A DNA stretch of 50,258 nucleotides from Verrucomicrobiota bacterium (GCA_018823105.1 JAHJJH010000282.1:1-50258), one strand, 5' to 3'. Shown: positions 9,070 through 17,063, counted from the first letter of the stretch. Notes: a model not told the origin generated them from the letters alone. Made by a program: numbers and translations.

Positions 9070-9555
9070 TCAGACCGCTTTCTTGTCCCACCTGGGCGAG
9101 TGAACCGCGAGCCAGTCGTTCACGATGAAGATTCCTTCCTTCGCGGACTCCGCCACCTCGCGGTACTCGATCGCCTTGTTCACGCAGCTCACCACGCAGG
9201 GCGGCTCCACGCCCTCCTTCTGCAGGCAGAAATCGCAGTTCGTCACGTAGAACGGCAGCGTGTCCGGCAGGATCGTGCCGAACGGGCACGCATGGCTGCA
9301 GCACTTGCAGCTCACGCAACGCAGGTTGTAGCGCTTGAGCACGCCGTCCTCCTGCCGCTCCAGCGCCTCGAAGCGGCACGCGGCGACGCAGCTCGCGTCC
9401 TCGCAGCGCCTGCAGAAGATCGCGAAGTTCGCCAGTTCGCGTAACGCGAGCGCGCCGTGGTCGGTGGCTTTCGGCCGGTAGAAATAGGCACACTGCACCT
9501 CGCACTTCGCACAGTCGGTGCACTTCTCCAAGTCGATGAACAGCCTCTTGCCCAT
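9070..9555 (-). CDS. HycB-like polyferredoxin (multiple 4Fe-4S clusters)
   Basis: 161 aa from the ATG at 9555, with GGGAG upstream. Start is 7 nt after the gamma' stop. Several Cys-rich cluster motifs are present: CTDCAKCEVQC, CRRCEDASCVAAC, CVSCKCCSHACP and CDFC...CVVSC. Confidence 0.8.
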   Translation of the reverse strand: MGKRLFIDLEKCTDCAKCEVQCAYFYRPKATDHGALALRELANFAIFCRRCEDASCVAACRFEALERQEDGVLKRYNLRCVSCKCCSHACPFGTILPDTLPFYVTNCDFCLQKEGVEPPCVVSCVNKAIEYREVAESAKEGIFIVNDWLAVHSPRWDKKAV

Positions 9556-9562
9556 TCTTTGC

Positions 9563-10390
9563 CTACTCCCAGATCTTCGGTACCGATTGAATCGAGCCAT
9601 ACGTGAAGACCGGCCCGTCCTTGCACGCGTACTGCGTGCCGATGCGGCAATGGCCGCACTTGCCCACGCCGCAGCTCATGTTCTTCTCCATGGAAAGGTA
9701 GATGCTCTCCGGCGGATACCCGCGCTTCAGCAACGCCACGGTCGCGAATTTCATCATGATCGGTGGCCCGCAGACCACGGCAACGCCGTTCTTGGGATCG
9801 CAGCGCAGGTTTTTCTCGTCCAGGATCGCCGTCACGACGCCCACCGGGCCCGTCCACGTGTCGTCCCCCCGGTCCACGGTCACCAGCACGTCCAGCGCGT
9901 CACCCTGGTCCCATTTCTTCGCGACGGCGTCGCGGAACACGATGTCGCGGGGCGTCTTGGCGCCGTACCGGATGATGATCTTCTTGAAGCTGCTCACCTC
10001 CTGCAGCAGGGCAAACAGCAGGGCCCGGAGCGGCGCCAGGCCTACGCCGCCGCCCACGATCACGACCTCGCGGCCGCGGAACGACTCGATCGGATAGCGC
10101 TGGCCGAGCGGCCCGCGAAGGCCCACCTCAGCGCCCGGCGCGAGGCTGTGCAGCTTGTCGGTGACGCGGCCCGCCCGCATGATCGTGATCTCCATGTGGT
10201 CCTTCACCGCCGGAGACGAGGACGGGGTGAACGGTGCTTCGCCGACGCCGGGCACCGTCAGTTCGATAAACTGGCCGGCCTCGAACGACATCGCCTCGGC
10301 CGGACGCACCGAAAACGTCTTGATGTTCGGCGTCTCCTCGATGACCGCCTCGATCCTGGCCGGGACCGGCATGTACAGGTCAGGCTTCAT
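9563..10390 (-). CDS. HydG/AsrB-like FAD/NAD(P)-binding 2Fe-2S oxidoreductase (second copy, gamma')
   Basis: 275 aa with an FNR-like fold. Motifs are GQFIELTVPGVGEAPFTPSS, a GGGVGLAPLRAL nucleotide site, and the C-terminal CGVGKCGHCRIG...C 2Fe-2S motif. It is a diverged paralog of 14737-15585. Confidence 0.85.
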   Translation of the reverse strand: MKPDLYMPVPARIEAVIEETPNIKTFSVRPAEAMSFEAGQFIELTVPGVGEAPFTPSSSPAVKDHMEITIMRAGRVTDKLHSLAPGAEVGLRGPLGQRYPIESFRGREVVIVGGGVGLAPLRALLFALLQEVSSFKKIIIRYGAKTPRDIVFRDAVAKKWDQGDALDVLVTVDRGDDTWTGPVGVVTAILDEKNLRCDPKNGVAVVCGPPIMMKFATVALLKRGYPPESIYLSMEKNMSCGVGKCGHCRIGTQYACKDGPVFTYGSIQSVPKIWE

Positions 10391-11417
10391 CCACCGCCCT
10401 CTTCAGCACGTCGCGAATGTCGATCTTGCCCGTGCATGCTTCCACGCAACGCCCGCAACCGTCGCAGGCGTACGTCTTCAGGACGTCCGGGAAGAAGTTG
10501 AACTTCTTGTCAAAGCGATTGAGTAGCCGTTCCGCCCGATGGGGCCGCATGTTGGCGCCGCCCGCCACGCGCGCGAAGTTCTTGAACAGGCAGGAATCCC
10601 AGAGCTTCACCCGCTCCGGGGCGCCGCTCGCGCCGCGCCCGTCCGCCAGCAGGAAACAATGGCACGTGCAGCAGCAGAAATTGCAGGCGCCGCACTCCAC
10701 GCAGTCCTCGGCAAAATCCTCCCACAGCTTGGACTCAAAGGACTTGCTGATCGCCTTCTTGAAGTCCATGCCGGGGCGCAGCCCCTTCGCCGCGGCCTGG
10801 TCCACGACCCGCTGGTACATCGCCGCCCGGCTCTTGTCCCGCTCCTGCACCAGCGCGTCGCCGGCCGGCTGGAGCAGGTCGCGCGCGGCCTCGAGGACAC
10901 GCGCTCCCCGCTCACTGCCCGTCTCGATCACGTAGCCCTTCGGCGTGGGAGAGACGTTGATGTCGAATCCCTCCTTCGCATGCGGCTGCTCGCCGACCAC
11001 GGGACAGAAGCAGACCTCCAGGCAGTCGGTGCAGTCGCACGAGACGAGGATGGTTTTCTCCCGCGCCTCTGCGTAAAGGGGATCCGCGGGCTCGGTCTTG
11101 AGCATGACGTGGTCGTGAATGCGCAAGGCGGAAAGATCGCAGTTCTTCACGCCGATCATGATCCGCTCGGGCATCGCCGGCTGTTCGCCATTTCCACCGA
11201 CCTGCCCCAGGAACTCGCGCGGGCGGAACACCAGGGATTTCAGGGGTTCGACCGGTCGGAACGAACCGAGGGTGGACGTGCCGGGTTGCCATGTCTCGGC
11301 CCGGACGAGATGGTACTGGCCCGCGTCGGACGGCTCGAGCGCATACACGACGCGGCCGCGGCTGATCGCACAGAGGACGTCATCTATGGAGTGCCCACTC
11401 GCGATCTGATAGCGCAT
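10380..11417 (-). CDS. HydB/AsrA-like 4Fe-4S subunit (second copy, beta')
   Basis: 345 aa from the ATG at 11417, with GGAGA 8 nt upstream. Cys clusters are CVECGACNFCCCTCHC and CDGCGRCVEACTG. It is a paralog of 15582-16607. 11-nt overlap with gamma'. Confidence 0.8.
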   Translation of the reverse strand: MRYQIASGHSIDDVLCAISRGRVVYALEPSDAGQYHLVRAETWQPGTSTLGSFRPVEPLKSLVFRPREFLGQVGGNGEQPAMPERIMIGVKNCDLSALRIHDHVMLKTEPADPLYAEAREKTILVSCDCTDCLEVCFCPVVGEQPHAKEGFDINVSPTPKGYVIETGSERGARVLEAARDLLQPAGDALVQERDKSRAAMYQRVVDQAAAKGLRPGMDFKKAISKSFESKLWEDFAEDCVECGACNFCCCTCHCFLLADGRGASGAPERVKLWDSCLFKNFARVAGGANMRPHRAERLLNRFDKKFNFFPDVLKTYACDGCGRCVEACTGKIDIRDVLKRAVDEA

Positions 11418-11552
11418 CCGAACCGTCTCCTGGCGAATGATGGATAAAAATCGGGGATAAATTACAACAGGCCCCGGCAGGGACACAAGAACGAACCCAA
11501 AAAAAGTGGACGGTGTGGGGCGTTGAACCCACGCGCGCTACCCAAAGTAGAC

Positions 11553-12029
11553 TCAAAGGCGAACCGCCTGGTCATCAAGGAGATCCCGGGCTACAAGATT
11601 CGAATACTCCTCCAGACGCCCCGCCAGGATATCGGATACTTCCATGCCCGGCTCGAGGCGCGCCGGCTGAATGGCGAAGATGATGATTTCCGCGGGGCAC
11701 TCGCCCAGCCGCCTGGAAAGGTCCAGGAGGCTGAACAGGTCGCCTTCGTGCAGCGACAGGCCGGGGAGTTTCTTGAGGCTGGCCGCCTGCTCGGGCGTGA
11801 AGCGCCGGATCGTGCCCGGGGGCTCGCCCATCAGGGCGCAATCCACGAAGATCGCCTTCGGGTGTCCCGCCATCGCGTGCAGCGCGGCCATGCCGGAAGT
11901 GCCTGCCTCCAAAAAACTAACGCCGGGAAAGCGATCGGCATGCGCGGCCAGGCGTTCCACCACGCGGATACCGATGCCCTCATCGGCCATCAGAATGTTG
12001 CCCAATCCGATGACTATCGTGTCTTGCAT
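11553..12029 (-). CDS. [NiFe]-hydrogenase maturation endopeptidase (HybD/HycI/FrxA family)
   Basis: 158 aa from the ATG at 12029. IVIGLGNILMADEGIGIRV matches the GxGNxxxxDDGxG family signature, and a downstream HEG motif (SLHEGDL) is present. The track start at 12092 is a TTG with no RBS. Confidence 0.85.
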   Translation of the reverse strand: MQDTIVIGLGNILMADEGIGIRVVERLAAHADRFPGVSFLEAGTSGMAALHAMAGHPKAIFVDCALMGEPPGTIRRFTPEQAASLKKLPGLSLHEGDLFSLLDLSRRLGECPAEIIIFAIQPARLEPGMEVSDILAGRLEEYSNLVARDLLDDQAVRL

Positions 12030-12687
12030 CCTCTTGCCTGCGTTGGGATCGACGTTGATAAAGCCGCTCGGTGAACCCACCCTCCTTTTCAAAGGCCGAC
12101 GCCTGTGCCGCCATCTGGCGGTCGAGGAGGTAACAACATAGATTCAGAAGACAAAGGGCGCCGTTGGCAACGAAAACGGCGGGCGCAATGGGGGGCAGCA
12201 CGGACGAACACGGACTGACACGGACGCCTTTAGGACTGTTTATATTTATTGTCCGTGTTTGTCTGTGTCCGTCGGTGTTCTTCTCCGCTCTTTTCACCTC
12301 ATTGGCCACCCACGCTCGGAATTCGTCCAGGGTGGCGCAGCGGCGCACCTTGAGTCGCTGAAGCGCCGTGTGGTCCGGTTCCCATTTGGGCAAGCCCTTT
12401 TGTCGCAGAAAGTCCTCAAAGTCGCGCCGCAATTCCTCCAAGCTGGCACGGGCTACGCTGGTCAGCTTGATCTCCATCTTCTTCGAGGTGCCGGAAACCT
12501 GGCTTCCCTCGGCGATGTTTTGGACTCCACTTCGCGCGGCCTGCACCATCTGGTCATGGGTCCGACTGCGGGGTGGAATGTACTGATCGCAAAACCGCAC
12601 CGTGAGGTCGAAGACCAGTTCCGCCAATTGAAAGCTCTTAAGCTTCCGATATCCGCCATGCGGAGGGATCAGCGGTTCATTCGGCAC
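11980..12687 (-). CDS. four-helix-bundle protein with suffix domain (23S rRNA intervening-sequence protein family)
   Basis: GTG at 12687, 6 nt after an AGGAG that overlaps the hydrogenase large-subunit TAG stop. The N-terminus IPPHGGYRKLKSFQLAELVFDLTVRFC, the SGVQNIAEGS motif and the C-terminal EKEGGFTERLY suffix are typical of the TIGR02436-like family. The 3' end overlaps the protease start by 50 nt. Confidence 0.75.
   Translation of the reverse strand: MPNEPLIPPHGGYRKLKSFQLAELVFDLTVRFCDQYIPPRSRTHDQMVQAARSGVQNIAEGSQVSGTSKKMEIKLTSVARASLEELRRDFEDFLRQKGLPKWEPDHTALQRLKVRRCATLDEFRAWVANEVKRAEKNTDGHRQTRTININSPKGVRVSPCSSVLPPIAPAVFVANGALCLLNLCCYLLDRQMAAQASAFEKEGGFTERLYQRRSQRRQEDARHDSHRIGQHSDGR
12199..12277. 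repeat. 27-nt imperfect inverted repeat with an AT-rich 25-nt centre, embedded in-frame in the four-helix-bundle CDS
   Basis: Left arm cacggacgaacacggactgacacggac (12199-12225). Right arm gtccgtgtttgtctgtgtccgtcggtg (12251-12277). 22 of 27 positions are complementary. The centre is gcctttaggactgtttatatttatt. It translates as NTDGHRQTRTININSPKGVRVSPCSSV without a stop. Confidence 0.8.
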
Positions 12688-12695
12688 GGGCGCTC

Positions 12696-13994
12696 CTAAA
12701 CGAACTCCACGTTCAGGTAATGCGTGGAGCAGGAAATGCACGGATCGTAGGCGCGGACGAGCATCTCGAGCAGGAGGCGGATTTCCTCCTGCGGCCGGTC
12801 TATGATCTGCGGCACCAGGGCCTCGAAATCCTTCTGGATGTTCGCGTGGTTCTGGTTGGTCGGGATGCAGCAGTTCGCCTTGACGCAGTTCCCCTTCTTG
12901 TCGAACGCGTACCGGTGGAACAGGATGCCGCGCGGCGCCTCGACGGCCCCGGCGCCCTCGCCCTCGCGGGGCTGGACCTTCGGCAGCTCGGGCTGGAGGC
13001 CTTTCGTCAGCAGTTCGTCGATGATCTGGATGCTGTGCTCGGTGATCTGCACGCATTCGACGACCTGGGCGACGTTGTTCATGTAGGGATTGCAGCAACC
13101 CTTCTTCAGGCCGAGCTTCTTCGCCGTAGCCGCGGCCAGAGGCAGTAGCAATTCGGCATTCAGGTTGAACCGGGCCAGGGCGCCGACGGCGAACGCGTCG
13201 CGGTGCCACTTGCACCACTTGGCCGTGGACTGCGCGCTGACATACTCGTTGACCACCGATTCGAACTGCGGCACGGGCGTCAGGTCCATTGTGTCCGTGC
13301 TGCCGATGCCGCCGTGGTAGAAGGAATAGTGTGTAGGATCCACGAGGGCGATGTACTCCGTGTCCCGGTCGAAGGCCGGGAGCTTGGGCGCGAGGCTCAA
13401 GACGACCTCGGCCAGGGTCTTGAGGTCCGGGACGATGCCCTCGATCGTCTTCTTCAAGCCGCGCAGGTACTCCTCCGTGGGGAGGCTGGCGAACCCGCCG
13501 GGCTTGATGGTGACCGGGTGGGTCATGCGCCCGCCGAGGGCTTCCATCCACTGGTTGCCCGTGCGGTGGAGCTTGATGACGGTCTTGACCACGTCCGGGT
13601 GGCTCTGGACCAGCGGCACGACGGATTTCTGGCCGAGCAGGTCGGGCGCGACGAGGTAGCCGACGTGCAGGCTGTGGCTCTCGAGCTGCTCGGAGTAGTG
13701 CAGGAGCATCCGGAGCCGGTCGGTCTGCTCGGAGACCTCGATGCCCATGGCGTCCTCGATGGCCTTGATCGCGGCGAAGGAGTGGGTGACCGAGCAGATG
13801 CCGCAGATGCGGCTGACGATGGTCTGGATGTCCTCGAAGCTGCGGCCGCGGACCATGGCCTCGAAGAAGCGGGGCGCCTCGGGCACCTGCCACTCGAGCT
13901 TTTCGATCCGGCCGTCGCTGGCACGCAGCACGATGTTGCCGTGCCCCTCGACGCGGGTAATGTGGTGTACGTGGATGTCGACCGTTTGGCTCAT
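12696..13994 (-). CDS. hyhL: [NiFe]-hydrogenase large subunit, group 3b type (sulfhydrogenase alpha / HyhL)
   Basis: 432 aa from the ATG at 13994, in an ATGA overlap with the small subunit. Motifs are ITRVEGHG, L1 RICGICSVTH and L2 DPCISCSTH followed by only 7 aa. The operon context is beta-gamma-delta-alpha. Confidence 0.9.
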   Translation of the reverse strand: MSQTVDIHVHHITRVEGHGNIVLRASDGRIEKLEWQVPEAPRFFEAMVRGRSFEDIQTIVSRICGICSVTHSFAAIKAIEDAMGIEVSEQTDRLRMLLHYSEQLESHSLHVGYLVAPDLLGQKSVVPLVQSHPDVVKTVIKLHRTGNQWMEALGGRMTHPVTIKPGGFASLPTEEYLRGLKKTIEGIVPDLKTLAEVVLSLAPKLPAFDRDTEYIALVDPTHYSFYHGGIGSTDTMDLTPVPQFESVVNEYVSAQSTAKWCKWHRDAFAVGALARFNLNAELLLPLAAATAKKLGLKKGCCNPYMNNVAQVVECVQITEHSIQIIDELLTKGLQPELPKVQPREGEGAGAVEAPRGILFHRYAFDKKGNCVKANCCIPTNQNHANIQKDFEALVPQIIDRPQEEIRLLLEMLVRAYDPCISCSTHYLNVEFV

Positions 13995-14737
13995 GAGGTG
14001 GGCTCCTGCCCGCTGCCGAAGAGCAGCAGCCGGCTCTTCAAGTCGTCCATGGTCTTGCCGTAGTGCTCCATGACCTCGCGCGCGGCCTGGACGTTGGGAT
14101 CGTCCACGTAGCCGCGGCAGCCGAAACACCAGAATCCGGCCGAGGGGCAGGGGGCGTTGCAGCCGGCGCGCGTGACCGGGCCGAGGCAGATTTCGTTATA
14201 CTCATAGCGGCAAACGGTTCCGCGCATCTTGCACTCGACGCAGACGGGGTAGTTGGGGATCGCCGGCGTCTTGCCCAGGGCCAGGCAGCGCAGGATGTAG
14301 GCGAATTCCCTGTTGTTGATCGGGCAGCCGTGGATCTTGAGGTCCACCTTGACCACCTCGTCGAGCGCCCTGGTCGGCAGGGTGTTCAGGTGCGGCATCG
14401 AGCCGTCCTTGCCGTACACCTCGGCCCGGACCTCGTCCATGGCGAAGTTGTTCTTCAGCTTGTTAATGCCGCCCATCGTGGCGCAGGCGCCGAGGGCGAT
14501 CAGGATCGCGGCCGGCGCGCGAATCTCACGCAGCTTTTCCTCGTCCTCGGGACGAGTGATCGAGCCCTCGACGATGGCGATGTCGTAGGTGTCGCTCTGG
14601 TCGCTGAGGGCCTCCCGCCATTCCACGGGCTGGATCAGCGTAAGCACGTCGAGAAGTTCTTCCTCCAGGTTGACGATCTGGAGCTGGCACCCCTCGCAGC
14701 AGGCAAAATCGAAGATGGCTACGCGCGGCTTGTCCAT
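13991..14737 (-). CDS. hyhS: [NiFe]-hydrogenase small subunit, group 3b type (delta / HyhS)
   Basis: 248 aa with no Tat signal. It has the FDFACCEGCQ N-terminal cluster motif, GACATMGG, and Cys-rich distal cluster motifs (CVECKMRGTVC, CNAPCPSAGFWCFGC). Confidence 0.9.
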   Translation of the reverse strand: MDKPRVAIFDFACCEGCQLQIVNLEEELLDVLTLIQPVEWREALSDQSDTYDIAIVEGSITRPEDEEKLREIRAPAAILIALGACATMGGINKLKNNFAMDEVRAEVYGKDGSMPHLNTLPTRALDEVVKVDLKIHGCPINNREFAYILRCLALGKTPAIPNYPVCVECKMRGTVCRYEYNEICLGPVTRAGCNAPCPSAGFWCFGCRGYVDDPNVQAAREVMEHYGKTMDDLKSRLLLFGSGQEPTS

Positions 14738-15585
14738 CAGATCGCCTCCTCCACTTCACGGACATCGGTGAAGTTGAACACGGGCCCGTCCTGGCACACG
14801 TAGATCCCGTTGATCTGGCAGTGCCCGCACTTGCCGACGCCGCATTTCATGTGGCGCTCGAACGAAAGGAAGATGCTTTCGTCCGGCACCTTCATCTTGA
14901 TCAGTTCGACCACCACGAACTTGTACATGATCGGCGGCCCGCAGATCACCGCGATGGTCTTCGGCGGGTCCACCTGCACCAGCGGCAGGAGCCGCGTGAT
15001 GACCCCCTCGGCCCCGGTCCAGGTCTCATCCCGGCGGTCGACCGTTTCCAGCAGGGTGACCTGTTTGTGCTTTCTCCACTTCTCCATCTCCTCCGCGAAC
15101 AGGCGGTCGGCGGGCGTCTTGGTCCCGATCACGATCATCACGCGCCCGTAGTCGGCCCGGTGATGGAGCACGTACTGGATCGCCGAACGGACGGGGACCA
15201 GCCCGATGCCGCCGCAGATGAAGAGCACGTCCTTCCCCTTCATCACGGTGTCCACCGGGAAGTGAGTTCCAAAGGGACCCCGCACACCGAGGATGCTCCC
15301 GGGTTCCATCCGGTGCAGGGCCGTGGTGACGTTCCCCGCCCGCCGGATCACCATTTCGAAATAGCCCCGCACGGTGGGCGACGAGGACACGGAGATGGGC
15401 GCCTCGCCGATGCCGGGCACGGAGAGCTCGACGAACTGGCCGGGCAGATGGCCCAGGTCCCGGCCGGACAGCAGCGTGAACTCGAAAAAGGCCTCCTGGC
15501 GTGTGAGCGGTTCCACCTTCAGCAGCTTCGCGGGCTCCGGCAGGTAAATATCCTTGCCTTCCATGGCGGGCTTGGACTGGATCAT
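14737..15585 (-). CDS. hyhG: sulfhydrogenase gamma subunit-like FAD/NAD(P)-binding 2Fe-2S protein (HyhG/HydG)
   Basis: 282 aa. Motifs are GQFVELSVPGIGEAPISVSS, the nucleotide site ICGGIGLVPVRS, and C-terminal CGVGKCGHCQING...C. The stop and start overlap those of the neighbouring genes. Confidence 0.9.
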   Translation of the reverse strand: MIQSKPAMEGKDIYLPEPAKLLKVEPLTRQEAFFEFTLLSGRDLGHLPGQFVELSVPGIGEAPISVSSSPTVRGYFEMVIRRAGNVTTALHRMEPGSILGVRGPFGTHFPVDTVMKGKDVLFICGGIGLVPVRSAIQYVLHHRADYGRVMIVIGTKTPADRLFAEEMEKWRKHKQVTLLETVDRRDETWTGAEGVITRLLPLVQVDPPKTIAVICGPPIMYKFVVVELIKMKVPDESIFLSFERHMKCGVGKCGHCQINGIYVCQDGPVFNFTDVREVEEAI

Positions 15586-16607
15586 CGCGGTCCCTCCGCC
15601 AGTCGGTTATACACCTCTACCGGATTGGCGATCTTCGCCACGCACGCGCCGATGCAGCGGCCGCACCCGACGCAGGCGATCTGCCGGTGTTGGTCGTAAA
15701 GGTACTTGCCCTTGCGGTAATAGCGGTGCCGGTAGCGCTCGGCCTTCTTCCTCCGGAAGTTGTGGCCGCCGGCGACGAGGGCGAACTCGGTCAGCATGCA
15801 GCCGTCCCACGTGCGCACCCGCTCGCCATTCTGCAGGTCCCACCGGACGTCTTCGCGGACGTTGAAGCAGTAGCAGGTCGGGCAGACGAGGTTGCAGGAG
15901 CCGCAGGAGAAGCAGCGCTTCGATTTTTCCTCCCAGACCGGGTGGTCGTAGCTCTTGTCCAGCATCGCGGGCAGATCCTCCGGCTTCACTTTCAGTTCGT
16001 GCCGGCGCAGGAGCTGGCGGTTGTGGTCCCAGACCATCTTCCGGAACTGCAGGTCGCCCGCCTCGGCCTCCGGCTCGCTCGCCAGCGCCTTCATCAATGC
16101 CTCGCCCTTCGCCGACCGGCCCTCGACGAGGTAGTCGTCGTTGATGCGGGTCAGCAGCACGTCGCCGCCTTCCTCGAGGACGGCGGTGTTCATGCAGCCG
16201 GCGAAGACGTTGGGCGAGGCGTTCTGCACATCGCAGACCACCAGGGTTGCCTGTGCGCGCCGCGTCAAGTAGTGGATGTCCGGCTGGCCCTCGGCGAAGA
16301 CCGTATCCATCTGCAGAATCCCGACGGCGTCGTAGGGGTGTACGCCGAAGAGGACGAACGGCTCGGTGTCCAGGACGCTTTCATACCCCCGGGCCCCGAA
16401 CCGCAGGAGCGTCTCGCACGGGGGTTGGAGGAAGGCCTTGGGCGCGGTCACGGCCACGTCGTAGTCCAGCCGCAGCCGGGCGGCCTGTGTCAGCGGCGCA
16501 AAGGCGAACTTGTCGCCCTGCGCCTGCGCGCCGAACACCCTCTGTTGCCCGATCAGGCTGTCCACCCAGCGCTCCAGTGTGGTCGGCCCTATCTTTTTGA
16601 TGGTCAC
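15582..16607 (-). CDS. hyhB: sulfhydrogenase beta subunit-like 4Fe-4S protein (HyhB/HydB)
   Basis: 341 aa from the GTG at 16607, with AAGGAG 8 nt upstream. Cys clusters are CFSCGSCNLVCPTCYC and CVGCGRCIGAC. Confidence 0.85.
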   Translation of the reverse strand: MTIKKIGPTTLERWVDSLIGQQRVFGAQAQGDKFAFAPLTQAARLRLDYDVAVTAPKAFLQPPCETLLRFGARGYESVLDTEPFVLFGVHPYDAVGILQMDTVFAEGQPDIHYLTRRAQATLVVCDVQNASPNVFAGCMNTAVLEEGGDVLLTRINDDYLVEGRSAKGEALMKALASEPEAEAGDLQFRKMVWDHNRQLLRRHELKVKPEDLPAMLDKSYDHPVWEEKSKRCFSCGSCNLVCPTCYCFNVREDVRWDLQNGERVRTWDGCMLTEFALVAGGHNFRRKKAERYRHRYYRKGKYLYDQHRQIACVGCGRCIGACVAKIANPVEVYNRLAEGPR

Positions 16608-16670
16608 AGGATTTCTCCTTCGGCTTCGAGCCTCGCCGCGTCGCGGTGAGGCCCGCGGAAAGGGGGCGGG

Positions 16671-17063
16671 TCAATCGCGCCCGTACATCCGTTGCATCTC
16701 GCGCAGGACGTCCCGGCGGCTGACGATGCCCACAACGCGGCCGTCCTTCACAATCGGCACCCGCCGGATGCGCTGGACGACGCAGGTACTGACGAGTTCC
16801 TCGATCGGGGTCTCCGGCGGGAACGAGACCACCTTCCGGCTCATGGCATCGGCCACGGTGGCCTCCTCGGCGTTCCCGTCGAAGGCGAAGTTGAGCAGGT
16901 CGTGCTCCGTGACCATCCCGATCAGCCGGTCCTGATCGTCCACGACCGGCATACCGCTGATATGCCAGCGCAGCAGGAGGTCAATGACCTCCGTCAGATG
17001 CACATTCTCTTTCACCGTGATGACCGGGTGGGTCATGATGTCGGCGGCGGTTTTCAATTTCAT
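16671..17063 (-). CDS. CBS-domain pair protein
   Basis: 130 aa from the ATG at 17063, with GAGGTG upstream. Two CBS repeats are present: IMTHPVITV...ISGMPVVDD..LIGMVTEHDLL and AMSRKVVSF...RRVPIVKDGRVVGIVSRRDVL. It lies 63 nt upstream of hyhB on the same strand. Confidence 0.8.
   Translation of the reverse strand: MKLKTAADIMTHPVITVKENVHLTEVIDLLLRWHISGMPVVDDQDRLIGMVTEHDLLNFAFDGNAEEATVADAMSRKVVSFPPETPIEELVSTCVVQRIRRVPIVKDGRVVGIVSRRDVLREMQRMYGRD

Noticed and set aside
11499-11560. tRNA-like 3' half on the minus strand. It has a T-arm-like GTGGG-TTCAACG-CCCAC followed by ACCGTCCA and a T-run, which could be a tRNA gene or an integrase att remnant between the two hydrogenase operons.
   Set aside because: No matching 5' acceptor strand, D-arm or anticodon arm can be drawn, because only about 61 nt are available and the candidate region runs into the protease CDS. 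As an intrinsic terminator it is also poor, with a 5-bp stem and the T-run 9 nt away. It is left unannotated.
12696-14129. Longer N-terminal extensions offered by the track for several genes. Examples are 14129 for hyhL, 21480 for the ACD-like gene, 19666 for the CoA-transferase fusion, 24808 for the MFS gene, 44726 for the PEGA protein, 35008 for TIGR00725 and 47225 for the small secreted protein.
   Set aside because: The extensions are low-complexity and overlap the upstream gene. Internal ATG/GTG codons with an RBS or ATGA stop-start overlaps fit the family N-termini. Some track starts are GTG/TTG rendered as M.
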